A stretch of 63,063 bases of DNA, counting the filler, from Phoronis australis (Eukaryota; Animalia; Phoronida): assembly GCA_002633005.1 (NCBI GenBank). It is 8 parts of 8 records of this genome, joined end to end, with 100 filler letters (N's around TTAATTAATTAA, not from the genome) between each part and the next. Parts side by side here need not be neighbours in the genome. Positions count along the whole stretch, not along the records: positions 1 to 2,645 come from NMRA01003530.1; positions 2,746 to 5,487 come from NMRA01003454.1; positions 5,588 to 10,589 come from NMRA01002441.1; positions 10,690 to 16,581 come from NMRA01002256.1; 4 more parts are not named here. The stretch is one strand, 5' to 3'. A program made the translations under genes and the position numbers. Position 1 is the stretch's first letter; each line of letters begins with the position of its first letter. Below, piece after piece: positions 1 to 11,090 of this stretch. The notes under the pieces are model-generated. The model was given only the letters and a program-made list of their open reading frames with translations, ran no database searches and was not told the DNA's origin.

Positions 1-181
1 TGTTGCTACATATTGTGAGGCAAATCGGCAGGTTTGTATTCAGTGGTTGTTTCTTGTTGACTGTGTTCTTAGAACTCTAACCCAGTGGAATGCCAACTCC
101 AATCCCGTGTGCCGCTGAGATTGTGCCGCGCATGCGTGTGAGTTGTTTGCATTCATTTGTTCCGGTGTGTGTACTTGCTAA

Positions 182-1022
182 GGGCTGTTCCAGTAAAATC
201 CGTGTGGGAGGGGGGGGACGGCAGCAGAAATAAAAATTCATGGGTGGTGGTCTTCAGAAAAAAACACAAATTATGGGTGGTCATTCCTGTAAGAAGTGAT
301 GCATTAAAAATGGGTGGTATTTTTTGACCTGTTAATGTTGACAGGATGGTTACTTCAGCCAAACACATCATCAAAGAAATCAAAACTCAAAAAAAATGCA
401 ATTGGCAAATATCCTAACTTATCCCAATACAAAAAAGCCCATATTGCCAGTGAACAGAGTGCAATATGTTCACTAAGCCATTAATCAAGTCATGGGCAAC
501 TTGATTTGAGCCTACTGCTTGTCTGCAGTCCTATTGAATTGAAAAGTTATGCAACACTAAACTGGTGTTAACACATATAGGAAAATTGATGATTTTTAAA
601 TGAAAAGTATGAGGAGTAAGATAAACAAGTTCCGATATTCACTTGACGTAGACGTATAAAAGAGTTCGTGGAGACAGTTTGAGATTCATAGATCCTTATA
701 ATTGAAAAAAAAGTAAATTGAAATTATAGACACATGGTGAACAGAGACACCTGGTGGCTGCCAAAAGTATTGCTCACAGGCTACTTTAGTTTTTGACAAT
801 ATTGGACAAGACAACTAGTTCTTGTCTGTCAATCATCTAAGTTCTTAACAGGTCCTCCTGGAGGCAATTTGTTTGCAAGTGTTCGATTTTATATTTTAAC
901 CTATTAAAAATAATTAAAAAATTATGGGTCATGGGTTGGAGAAATAAATGAAAAATATGGGCGGTGGGTACGAAATAAAAGTGCCTTCCCCCCCTCCCAT
1001 ACAGATTTTGCTGGAACAGCCC
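182..1022. mobile_element. Non-autonomous PIF/Harbinger-like (Tourist-like) MITE
   Basis: ~40-bp imperfect TIRs (GGGCTGTTCCAGTAAAATCCGTGTGGGAGGG... / ...CCCTCCCATACAGATTTTGCTGGAACAGCCC) flanked by TAA at 179-181 and 1023-1025. TWA duplication with GGG..CCC ends is typical of PIF/Harbinger. Confidence 0.75.
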
Positions 1023-1197
1023 TAAATGAGCTGGTAAAGATTCTGTGGCAATAGTCTATCACGATATTAAAACTGACTGCTGTGAGCGTTAAGTATTTGA
1101 AATTCGGTGATGTTAGTGTGTTATCCCTTGTTATATTTAATGCAGAATATGCTAGATACTATATGAATATTTTGATCTCAATACAGTGTGGAAAATA

Positions 1198-1513
1198 TGT
1201 TGCAAACATTTTAAGTTTTGTCAGCATGCCATCTGTTGACCACATGATGTGACTTAATGAATATAAGTCACAAAAATACAGTCACAATTAGTAGTTGGTA
1301 TTTTATCCTTGATGCCCACTTTGAAGTGTGATTGGATTTCTGTGTTTGACCGGTGGTCCCGATGACTCAGTGGCTAGAGCGTCTTCTTGGTTAGCAGAAG
1401 GTCCTGGTTTTGAGTCCTGGTCAGGGGCAGAAATTTTTTCCGTCTTATATTCATTAGGTCACGTGATGTGGCCAACAGGTTGCGGGCTTACCAGACTTGA
1501 AATGTTTGCAACA
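1198..1513. mobile_element. TGT..ACA fold-back element with ~70-bp TIRs enclosing a tRNA-like cassette (copy 1)
   Basis: 1198-1267 is an imperfect reverse complement of 1444-1513; a second, internally deleted copy is at 3615-3798 on another contig. Confidence 0.65.
1355..1429 (+). pseudogene. tRNA-derived sequence (Thr-like), degenerate
   Basis: A-box-like TGACTCAGTGG, anticodon arm TCTTC-TTGGTTA-GCAGA, B-box-like GGTTTTGAGTCC; stems carry mismatches and it sits inside a repeat. Confidence 0.5.
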
Positions 1514-1856
1514 TGCTAGATATTATCTATTAATATTTCATTTTTCGATAATCACTCCGTTTTCAGAGTGAGCAGTCACAGTTTTTTTATTCAAAGACGT
1601 AACTAATTGCAAAGTCTGTAAATTTATTAAACTCATATTTTTTGCTACTTAACTGAAATGCTTCATTTCGAATTTGGCTTTGTTTTCAAGTTTCACTTTC
1701 ATTTGAGAAAAAATGAAGTGTAAAATGTGTGTTGTAGATTTTACGGTATCTTTTTAAGGATGCATGTTTCTCTCAAGGTGATGTTAAACCTGTATTAGTT
1801 ACCATTATCAAATCTCAGACAGAACTATGATCACTAAACAAATGGAATTTTTGCAG

Positions 1857-2169
1857 CTGAGCTTACATTGCAAGCATTAAAGCTAGCTACCGAGTTTCTA
1901 CGCAAAGGTGGCTGGTTCGTCACCAAGGTTTTCCGATCCCAGGACTATCACGCCCTCTTGTGGGTTTTCAAGCAACTGTTCAAGAAAGTGCATGCCACAA
2001 AACCACAAGCGTCCCGCCTCGAGTCTGCTGAAATCTTCGTTGTCTGCCAGCAGTTTGTGGCTCCCGACAAACTTGATCCCAAATTTGTTGACCCTAAGTA
2101 TGTCTTCAAACAGATTGACACAGGGCCTGGGAACACCCTTAACCTGATTCACCCAGAGAAGATCAAAAA
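1857..2169 (+). CDS. FTSJ3: Internal exon of pre-rRNA 2'-O-ribose methyltransferase FTSJ3/Spb1
   Basis: (A)[30 protein letters not shown]...[18 protein letters not shown]...[17 protein letters not shown] matches the FtsJ/Spb1 catalytic region. Acceptor TTGCAG ends at 1856; donor GTAAGC at 2170. Confidence 0.95.
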
Positions 2170-2231
2170 GTAAGCAGTTATTCCAATAACTTGTGACATG
2201 TTCGGCAATCCTTAGAACTGTACATATAGAC

Positions 2232-2408
2232 ATTCACGCAGTCGCCATTTTAGTGGTGAGCCTCTTTTTAGGTTTAAAAACAATGCATTTGAGACATGAA
2301 TAAATTGGGCACTCGAAAAAATCTCACTTTGGGCTTTGATTAAGCGCAGAATGCATCATTTTTAAAACCTAAAAAGAGACTTACTTTTAAAATGGCGACT
2401 GCGTGAAT
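2232..2408. mobile_element. Short hairpin-type MITE in FTSJ3 intron
   Basis: ATTCACGCAGTCGCCATTTTA...TAAAATGGCGACTGCGTGAAT with further inverted match of CTCTTTTTAGGTTT; the terminal motif resembles the element at 33680. Confidence 0.6.
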
Positions 2409-2645
2409 ACGGTGTATCGCCTGTTGTTTTAGCCATGTTACCATGGTGCTGTTTTACTAACAGAAGACCGCATCATCACACTTCAACAGTTATGTCTAGA
2501 TGTGAATAGACACTGGGATAATTCTTTCTGGGATTGCATTTTGCTGAAATAGTAATGTCAGGGCCTTGTCCAGGGCTCGACGCTATTAAAATCGCCAGGT
2601 CGCATTTTGCGACCTAGCCAAAATCCCAGGTCGCATTTTCAAAAT

Positions 2646-2745
2646 NNNNNNNNNNNNNNNNNNNNNNNNNNNNNNNNNNNNNNNNNNNNTTAATTAATTA
2701 ANNNNNNNNNNNNNNNNNNNNNNNNNNNNNNNNNNNNNNNNNNNN
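2646..2745. other. Artificial contig spacer
   Basis: N44-TTAATTAATTAA-N44, exactly 100 nt, stop codons in all six frames. Confidence 0.97.
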
Positions 2746-2847
2746 GGGAGGTCAGGAAATTTTCTGTTTTTACCTCTAAAAATCAAGCATTTTCCTTGAT
2801 TCCTGAAGTAGGCCAAGAAAAAAAGAAAAAAAAACAGGAAAAACTGA

Positions 2848-2918
2848 ACGTACCAAAGACTCGAACTCACGACCTGCCGGATAGAGAGCGCGTGCGTTAC
2901 CACTACACCATCACGATT
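2848..2918 (-). pseudogene. tRNA-like Pol III promoter sequence inside an unclassified repeat
   Basis: Minus strand: TGGTGTAGTGG (A box) ... GAGTTCGAGTC (B box) at tRNA spacing; cloverleaf stems do not pair well. Confidence 0.4.
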
Positions 2919-3614
2919 TAACTACTAATGTCATACTAAAAGACCTACTTATTTATGGTCCACAGCGTTTGCGCGCGAAACCTACTTCTTTTCGCAATGC
3001 TTATTACACGTTTTATATTTTGTGCCATCAATTCTTAACAAATTTGTCGTATTTGAAATAGTCTTCAAATGCCCAAAAGACCAAATCCGTTTTTCGTGTT
3101 GGCAATAATGACGGGATTGCTTTGGAAATCGTCTTAAGATAAGGTTTGACAAAGAGAATATTGCGAGTTTCTGAGTGATTTATTAAGGCTTCGATTAAAA
3201 TTCACACATTACCAGCAGCTTCTGTTTTCTCATCGTCACTCAGGTTCCATTCTCTTTAAAAATGAAGTAAATTTTCTTCATTGCACAGTGGAGCAGACGA
3301 CGAAAACAGAGTCGTAGTGCGCAGCGCCACTGCCGGTCGCCTGGGATATCGCGGGAGAGCCTATACTTAGCCATAGTTCCGTTACGAATGCACCGTGTTC
3401 CGAATTTGACACTTGAAATTGGGGTTTGAGCCCCCCCCAAACACTAAAACTGCACACATTTAAATCCTTTTTCATCCGTATAATTTTAATTACCGGGGTT
3501 AATTAATGAACTCACCATTTCCCTACGTTCTTACTGTTTTATTTTTTTNNNNNNNNNNNNNNNNNNCCGGGCCCCCTGGGCCCCCCCCCCCCTAAATCCG
3601 CCTATGAATAATTA

Positions 3615-3798
3615 TGTAGTAAACATTCAAGTCCCGTCAGCATGCCATCTGTTGGCCACATCACATGACCTCATGAATATAAGTCTGAATAATATAAATC
3701 CCAGTCTGGGGGCAGGAAGTTTTTCACTTAATATATTCATTAAGTCTGGTGATGTGGCCAACTGATGGCGTGCTGACGGGACTTAAATGTTTGCCACA
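3615..3798. mobile_element. TGT..ACA fold-back element, internally deleted copy 2
   Basis: Same TIR as 1198-1513; interior retains only AATCCCAGTCTGGGGGCAGGAAGTTTTTC, the 3' end of the tRNA-like cassette. Confidence 0.6.
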
Positions 3799-5487
3799 TA
3801 TTTCCAGCGCATTACTGAGATTGATATAGTCACATACAATAATCATGTAGTCCGTCGACCTCTTTCGTAGTTTGATTAGTGCTCAATATGTGATGCTTAT
3901 CTGGACTGATTTCAGCGTCTCACCAAGACAATTAGTCTATATTTGTCTGTTTTGTGACTGATGAACCGATGTCAGAATCCATTGTTAGCAGACTGTTCAT
4001 TTTTGTTACTGCATGTTCATTAGTGAAATTGGAGCAAGTGTGTGTGCTCTTCATGTGTTCATGTTGGAGTTTCTTTGGCGCAAATAACATCATTTCATAT
4101 ATGCTCCAAAGATGGAGCTAATCACTTGTGGTGTTGACAGAAAGCTCACGTGAGCCAAAACAAAAAATAGCACTGTTGTTTCTGGTCCTTTTCTTGAAAA
4201 TAGAGTCTGTGGTCGGTATTTTTATTAGTGGCTCATTTTCTTAAAAAATCCACTTGAGACATGCAATTATGATGCAGGGTTTGATTTTATTTTTACTTGT
4301 TGCTAAGGAAATCTTGTGTTTCAATCCGTGCTTGCCCTTGCTTTGGTGCCTTTGTGTACTTTTTCAAAAAAGACAAGACCACGACTGAAGTTGATGCAGG
4401 CAAGTTTTTTGTCTGTGAGCGCAGGTCTCGAAATGAGCCGGAGTGGAGGCCAGGAGCAGCTTTGCAGCCATGATTTTTTGTTTACATTGTGGCTCTGTTT
4501 TTCAGCTGGACGATTCATTTGTGCCTTTTGTTCGAAAAGGCATCTCGGACACTCCGCCCATAAAAAACTACGAACCTCCTGATGGAGAGTATACAGACAC
4601 AACCAAGACATTTGAGTGACGTGTGAGCAATATCTCTGGACTGAATTGGCAAAGCTCCACCCATGTGCGTTTTATTTGGTCATTTGACTGTACATTTGAC
4701 AAAGAGGGATTTTTTGTCAATTTGTGAAGTAAAAAATCTAACTGCCCACACCTACACAGCTTGAAAGGTATACGCTGGGTTCAACAGCTGTATTATGAGC
4801 TTTCTTACTATTACATGTTAGGGTAGTTGTACAGTGTTGGTGTCAATGACATTTTCTCGGATAGTGAAAACCAATGCATGTGTATCACAGAGCGTAGATT
4901 TGTACAATCAAAGTCAAAATCAAGGAAATGTTACAAAAATCATCTGCTTGGTAGTTTGGCTGTGGATCTCAATTGAATATTGTGACAGATATTTCTACCT
5001 GTGGTAAATTGTTATGGCTGTTTGAAATTCAATTGAAATGAAGTGATCTCTTGACATCATATATGCATCTGCAGGTGGCGCTGCTCGAGGTGACTCCTTT
5101 CCCACAATCCTTTGTGAATATATCTCAACTTAAAAGTAGAAAGGTCAGTGTAAGTTGTCAAGTTGAAACTGAAGACAAATTTTAATAAAATTGAGGAACA
5201 TTGTTAAGTTGTGGACGGTATTCTCGGATTGTAAGGAATTTCAGTATTTTTTCAGAAAATATGTTCTTGGCCGTGTGTTTTCATCGTTTCAGAAGTTCAG
5301 TTTTCAAGTGCTAGAATTTTATTCATCGCTTGTGCCAGGTGTCGCAATTATAAACCACGTAAAAGGTCATGATCGTGGGAAATACTTCCTCAGAACATAG
5401 TAACGCAAATCTTTTAAATAAAATAATTTATTAATAAAATTAACCAGCGTATTCAATACCCTGTTGTGGAAGAAGACACTCACAGAC

Positions 5488-5587
5488 NNNNNNNNNNNNN
5501 NNNNNNNNNNNNNNNNNNNNNNNNNNNNNNNTTAATTAATTAANNNNNNNNNNNNNNNNNNNNNNNNNNNNNNNNNNNNNNNNNNNN
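5488..5587. other. Artificial contig spacer
   Basis: N44-TTAATTAATTAA-N44. Confidence 0.97.
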
Positions 5588-6139
5588 GTCTGGCCTGTGA
5601 TAGGAACTACAGTTTAGTAGCACTGTACATCATCCATAATGCTTTAGTTCAGCCACTCTGGTCACATGTGAGCGCACTGGGAAAGAGTTCGATCTGTATC
5701 ACCACGTGTACGCGTTCGTGAGTTAGGCATTGCGTGTTGGCGCGCTAAGGGAAATTTACGACAAGAGCTACACTTTTCAAAATCGGTCACCGTTTCAGGA
5801 AGAGCGCCCTGAGAATTTCCTCTAAATCATTTCCTTACAGGGGCAATATACCGCGCCTTGGGCAAAGATCTTATATCAAATCAATCTCATCTTGTGTACA
5901 ATAGTTAGTGCTTCAGACCACGCGCAGGCATTAAACCCGATAGTACTTTCTGACAAAAACGAGTTCTGAGTTGTACCACCTGCAGTTATGAAATAGATCT
6001 TACATTATTTAGTACGGGAGCCAAATGAGGTTTTTTTACATAACCTGGATTTTTCGGATAATTTTTTGCTTTGCTGTTTCATGTAGCCTAGGCATAGCTA
6101 ATCATAATTTAGGGGGATGACCGTTCGCAACCCTTGAGC

Positions 6140-6745
6140 ATTTTTTAAAATATGCAAATTAAGGTCGCCATTATGCAAAATTCTATTTTTGCTTATAATT
6201 TCCTTACCAAGCACTGCAGCCAGATAATTTTGACGTTTTTACCCATGTTTCCAAGGTCAAAAAATTTAATAGTGCAAGTTTTTAGGTGAATACATTGTCA
6301 ATTTGCATAAGTTATGCAAATTAAGACCGCCATTATGCCGGCAAAACTCTATCTTTGCTTATAATTTCCTTTTGGGTGAATACATCGTCAATTTGCATAA
6401 TGTATGCAAATTAAGGCCGCCATTTTTCAAAATGTTATTTGTTCTAATAGCTATGGTACCAATCACCACAGGTGAATTATAATATTTGCACCTATGTTTC
6501 TAGGGTCAATTAGTGTAATGAAATCAGTTTGCATGTTGTTGCATGATAAATTTGAATAATTAATGCAAATTAAGGCCACCATTATTCAGAATTAATTGTT
6601 GCTTAAAGCGCCCTTACCAAGCACTGTAGACAGGTTACTTTATTGTTTTCACACATGCTTCCATGGTCAGTGAATTTAATGGACCTTGTTTGCTGGTGGT
6701 TACATCGTGAATTTGCTTAATATATGCATAATCAGGTCACGCCTT
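6140..6745. repeat. Degenerate tandem repeat containing ATGCAAAT motifs
   Basis: Recurrent (ATTTGCATAA..)TATGCAAATTAAGGCCGCCATT units near 6151, 6301, 6391, 6561 and 6711. Confidence 0.55.
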
Positions 6746-6843
6746 GAAATTTTATGATGTTATTTTGAAAAAACTGGGGTTGGGTTTGACTAAATAAATG
6801 CAAAGGATCGACGGGCATCAAAAAAGCCAAAGTTTATTGACAT

Positions 6844-7000
6844 CGGCCTCCCGTTCAGTAACGCTAGGACCTCGCTAAAAAGCAAGACTTCGCGAGATTA
6901 CGTGAGATATTGCAGTGCATTTCAAATGAGAACACGTGACTTTGACTAGGTTTTAGCTAGGTCCTAGCGTAGGTCCTAGCGTCTACTGAACGCACGGCCG
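6844..7000. mobile_element. Small TIR MITE (Harbinger-like GGCC ends)
   Basis: CGGCCTCCCGTTCAGTAACGCTAGGACCT...AGGTCCTAGCGTCTACTGAACGCACGGCCG; second copy at 32137-32277. Confidence 0.7.
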
Positions 7001-7006
7001 TTTTAC

Positions 7007-7360
7007 CTGGAACCCAAGTAGAATACAAGTGTACCATGGTGGCGCTTCCTCCAGCCCAAAGGTCAGGGGGTTAATCGGCGTTTCCGGGTAAAGGCTAACA
7101 CCGACTCCGAGTTCATCGTCATCATCACCGCCGAACTGGCTGTCCTCCACCAAAACACGCGTTGATGCGCTGGACTCCACCGAAGGCAACTCCGAATGAT
7201 GCGCTCCGTCACTGTTCATTATTAAACTCGCATCGGTTGGAGTGTCGTCGATCTCATTTTCCTGCAACCCCACGAAACGAACATGTTGTGAATTCTTGCT
7301 ATCATCATCGTACTGATCTCGGTTACAGTGATCATACTTATATTTCGGAAAAGATGCCAT
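7007..7360 (-). CDS. First coding exon of an SLC23 / nucleobase-ascorbate transporter (NAT/NCS2) family gene
   Basis: ATG at 7360, acidic N-tail, then LTFGLEEAPPWYTCILLGFQ, matching the SLC23 motif Y.IED.PPWYLCI.LGLQH; phase-0 donor CAG|GTAAAA after 7007. Confidence 0.85.
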
Positions 7361-9587
7361 CGGGCCGTGACAATAACGAGACAACGTGTGTAGGTTTCTT
7401 AGTCAGATCTGACTCTCAGAGCAGAGTTAATAGCCCCGATTCCTTCACGGGCAGACTGCACGTGACGACTTTAAATTAAATCCACAATACAGACTACCCC
7501 AGCCTCGTTACATCAGCCTGTGTTTGCTCTCCAGTGACCTTTCTAACACAAATCAATAGGCTTGTGTTGTGAGCTAGCCGTTTGACCTCAGCTGATCCGC
7601 CATTCAAATTTACTCCCCTATGTGCTATTCATTTCAGTACAAAATGTACGTTCTTTTTTGTTTCACGGTCGGCCACTCAGCGGAGCTGGAGTCGTACTTT
7701 TGCCAGTTTGTAAGATCACAGTTACTTATACTTCTATAAACTTTTAGAAAATAAGAATAATTGAAGGTCACTTAGTTTACGTAACCATCCGCCCCGTTCT
7801 AACGTATTTTAAGTTGAGCGCCTCAGATGTTGTAGGCTAATCAATTTCTTTCATATTTTTCGTCTACTTCGCTTACGTCATATCGCGCGAAACTATGAGC
7901 GGATTTTTCAGTAAAGCTCGCGAAAAAGGAGTCACAAAAATGTGCTCATACTCCAGTACAGCACTGGGGATATTCAGTTCAGTGGACCATACCCTGTGTC
8001 TCAGTAAGACTTAGGTGTTAATAAGCGTGCGAGCCGCCATACTGGGTGTCATACTCAAACGTCTCCGATTTGGACTAGCCTAGAACGATTGCGCAATGCT
8101 GTCGGAAATTAAAAAACGCCATAAAACAGTGCAAAGACAATTAATTTTCTTCCCAAATTATTAAAAACCTTTCTAATGCATTTATTTTTGTAGAAAGACT
8201 CGATTCTTTTCATGGCCTCACTATTAATTCAAACAATATTGTTTATTAACATCGCAATTACTGTCCTTTGCAGTTTCATTACATTTGGGATACACTGTAA
8301 TTAAAAGGGGCTATAAACCCGCCTTCCATCACCAAAAAACAACTTTTGATATAGGTCATTTAATTGGCCGTAAACTGTTCCTATTGGCGGTGATTTCAGC
8401 GCCGGCTTTGCCGAGTCAGATCATTCATTGCTTGGGAAAAAGGCTTATTATATCTCGGGGGGTCACTTTATGCATCGAGCATGGAAGAACGATGTTTCAG
8501 GATATAAAAACGTTAAGATCAATTTTAGACCGGTAAGGGGTCTAACCAAGAATTCGCTCAGTTCTGTTGACGTCACGAACGCAGGTTTACGGCATCTTCA
8601 AGGATGTTCCTGCATTGTAACAAATCATACCACCCCTCCCGCCTTGAATACTGCGGGGTGGTGTGGACCTGCAGTGGGGAGTAGTGGTGTCAGCAGATAG
8701 AAATCATGGAGTTGTGAATTATCTGATCATGTGATCAAATTACTGGCAGGTTGGTATATGAAGTAAAAAATCGAATTATATGTGGAAATGAATTTGATAG
8801 AAATTTAATTCCTCAAAGTGACGCCTATTATATATAGCAACGAAGGAACAGAATGGTCACTGCATCACTTTTCCTTTTAATGTCATGTTCTTTCACTGCC
8901 CTTCACAAATATTCGTTGGAATTTGCTTTTTCAGTAATTTCTAATTTGTTTAGTCAACATGTTTACAATCTCACTGTCCGTGTGTATTGCCCAGGTGTTA
9001 GTTCACAGCGCTGATGCGTCAGCCTTAACTATATTTTCGGGTTGCACGAAAGCCAACTGCAAACTACAGGCAAGATGGGGCTCACAGGGTCGCACTTCCG
9101 ATTTGAGTTTTCAAATTAATTTTGTTTTTAAAAAATCGACGGATAGAAAGTAAAGGTTCAAAATACCTTTCCGTGTAGACCAAGTAGAATATACTGAGTT
9201 GAGCAAAACGTCTTCGAAAAGTTACCACATTTAAAGCGGCTATGAACCTGCGTTTTAACTTAGTAAGTCGGCCGTCTTTCCTTAGTCAAATTAGAAGTGC
9301 CTTCAAGGTCGGGCTAAAAGTTCGTTATTGGTTGAGACCTGCTTTGCGTTCATTTAGGAAAGCGTTTTGGGTGCCGAGCCTGAGCCTGGGCAGTTCGCGT
9401 TAAAGTGTCGCCCTTCCGTACACTCGTAGTTATAACCGAGGCTTTGCTCGTATTTTACGACCGTAATCATCATATCCAATGAACGGATTTGCAGCGACGC
9501 CATATTGAAATTAGGTTAATATGGTGCATTGTGGGTGCTGGGGTCAGGATTCCGAAAGCGGCCATAGTTACAAGCATAATACGCGGT

Positions 9588-9790
9588 ATGAGCGCGAAGA
9601 AAACTTACAGCGGATACACATGTTGTGTTCCTGGCGGCTTCAAAAACAACAAGAGAGATAAAAATTTGAGTTTTTATGTGTTCCCTGCAAACTAAGAACT
9701 TCGTGAAAAATGGATAAACAACATTAGGAGCGCTGGGAGTAAGGGGAGATTTAGCGCATTCAAACCAGCGCGGGGCCATCTAGTAAGCAA
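9588..9790 (+). pseudogene. Decayed THAP domain, probably from a DNA transposon
   Basis: MSAKKTYSGYTCCVPGGFKNNKRDKNLSFYVFPAN*ELREKWINNIR...FKPARGH fits the THAP pattern (C..PGC, SF..FP, R..W, F.P). A Zn-ligand Cys is lost, there is an in-frame stop at 9693, and it ends before CS.HF. Confidence 0.7.
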
Positions 9791-10589
9791 CACGTAGCCC
9801 CTCGGTTGGCCATATAGGGGCTACAATACTTCCATTCGCTTTCTGTATTCATTTCGTTACTTCAGTGTATTTTAAACTGGCCGTGACCGGATTTGGGATA
9901 CCGATTTCGAGTTTTCACCTCGTCAAAAATACAATCTACACTTAAAAATTTCATTTAAAAAACGCTTACTTTCTTCATTGGTCCTTTCTACTTCTATACA
10001 TATCTTTGATGAAGCTTAGTTGTGATAATTAAGTTGACTTTGGCGAAGAATTACAACTCCACTTTTTTGTTGCCGTTAATGTTATCACCGCGTGCACGAT
10101 AGCCACAAAGCATGTCACCTGAATCATGTGAGTTAGGCAAGGGTTAGCGCGAGACTGAGCGAAGCGCGTGACGCTAGCGCGCGACACTTGTAAAATAACA
10201 TGAGAAGGTATCGGGTGAAACTTGTAAGATGTGTGTCCCTTGGACTTTTTATTCTTCAACATGCGTAATTTTCACGTAACTTCCTCAAAATGGCACCCGG
10301 TAACTGAGAGAAACTCGAGCAAACCGCGACAGATTTTCCGAAGTCATCGATTTGTTCAAGTTTTGCTGACTAAATTGTATCCTGAGTCGTGGTATGTGTT
10401 AATTGTAACTCCGTGTTCCTATATGTATGGTTCATTTGATTTTATTTGCTGTATTTTGAAATGAGTAACTTTTTGTGAGGATGTACTATCGCCCCTGAAT
10501 GCCTGCGGCATACAGTGCGATGTGATTGCCTAGGGGCCATCGTGTGTGCAGCGAACATTTTCCTGGTGGAAAAAAGACTTATGAGAACA

Positions 10590-10689
10590 NNNNNNNNNNN
10601 NNNNNNNNNNNNNNNNNNNNNNNNNNNNNNNNNTTAATTAATTAANNNNNNNNNNNNNNNNNNNNNNNNNNNNNNNNNNNNNNNNNNNN
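10590..10689. other. Artificial contig spacer
   Basis: N44-TTAATTAATTAA-N44. Confidence 0.97.
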
Positions 10690-10939
10690 CACGTTAAAAA
10701 ACGTGGAGTCCGCAAGGAAATGTGACTTAGATGTTAAATATGTGGTATAAATACGTCTAATTGTATACGTTTTAAACTGGGCAGTGTTATCAGCCTCGGT
10801 TGCTTTGTAGAACAATTTTCACGAGGCCTTCGGCAAAAAACATTACCTATGAGTAGTTTAACCCTTTGCACGCACGCAAACGCACATATGTATCAATCAC
10901 CCATATAGAATACAGTTCGTAATATTTTTGATTTTTTAG

Positions 10940-11090
10940 GCATCAGAAGCTATTGACAGTCACTGAGGAGAATGCCAAATCATTCCTCTACGCACGGTTG
11001 AAGAAGCGCGATTTAACTCACGAATGTAGCGAACGGAAAGGGTGCGGTATGGAAGAACTAAGTGAAGTTTACAATAGTAAAGAAGAAAGG
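10940..11090 (+). CDS. Exon encoding a vitamin K-dependent-type propeptide plus Gla-like domain
   Basis: Acceptor TTTTTTAG ends 10939; LTVTEENAKSFLYARLKKR|DLTHECSERKGCGMEELSEVYNSKEER; phase-0 donor GTAAGC at 11091. Fits propeptide A..FL...KR and Gla L..EC.E..C..EE..EV[FY]. Confidence 0.78.

Noticed and set aside
1355-1429. Functional tRNA-Thr gene
   Set aside because: Mismatched stems, altered T-loop, and located inside a repeated fold-back element.
1898-2233. Antisense and alternative-frame ORFs over FTSJ3, and similar ones over SLC23, gag and Copia
   Set aside because: Shadows of the real coding frames.
4316-4611. Overlapping 88-aa and 96-aa ORFs
   Set aside because: No recognisable motif or convincing splice boundaries.
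5075-5143. AG/GT-bounded 69-nt candidate exon (VALLEVTPFPQSFVNISQLKSRK)
   Set aside because: No recognisable homology or partner exons; cannot be distinguished from chance.
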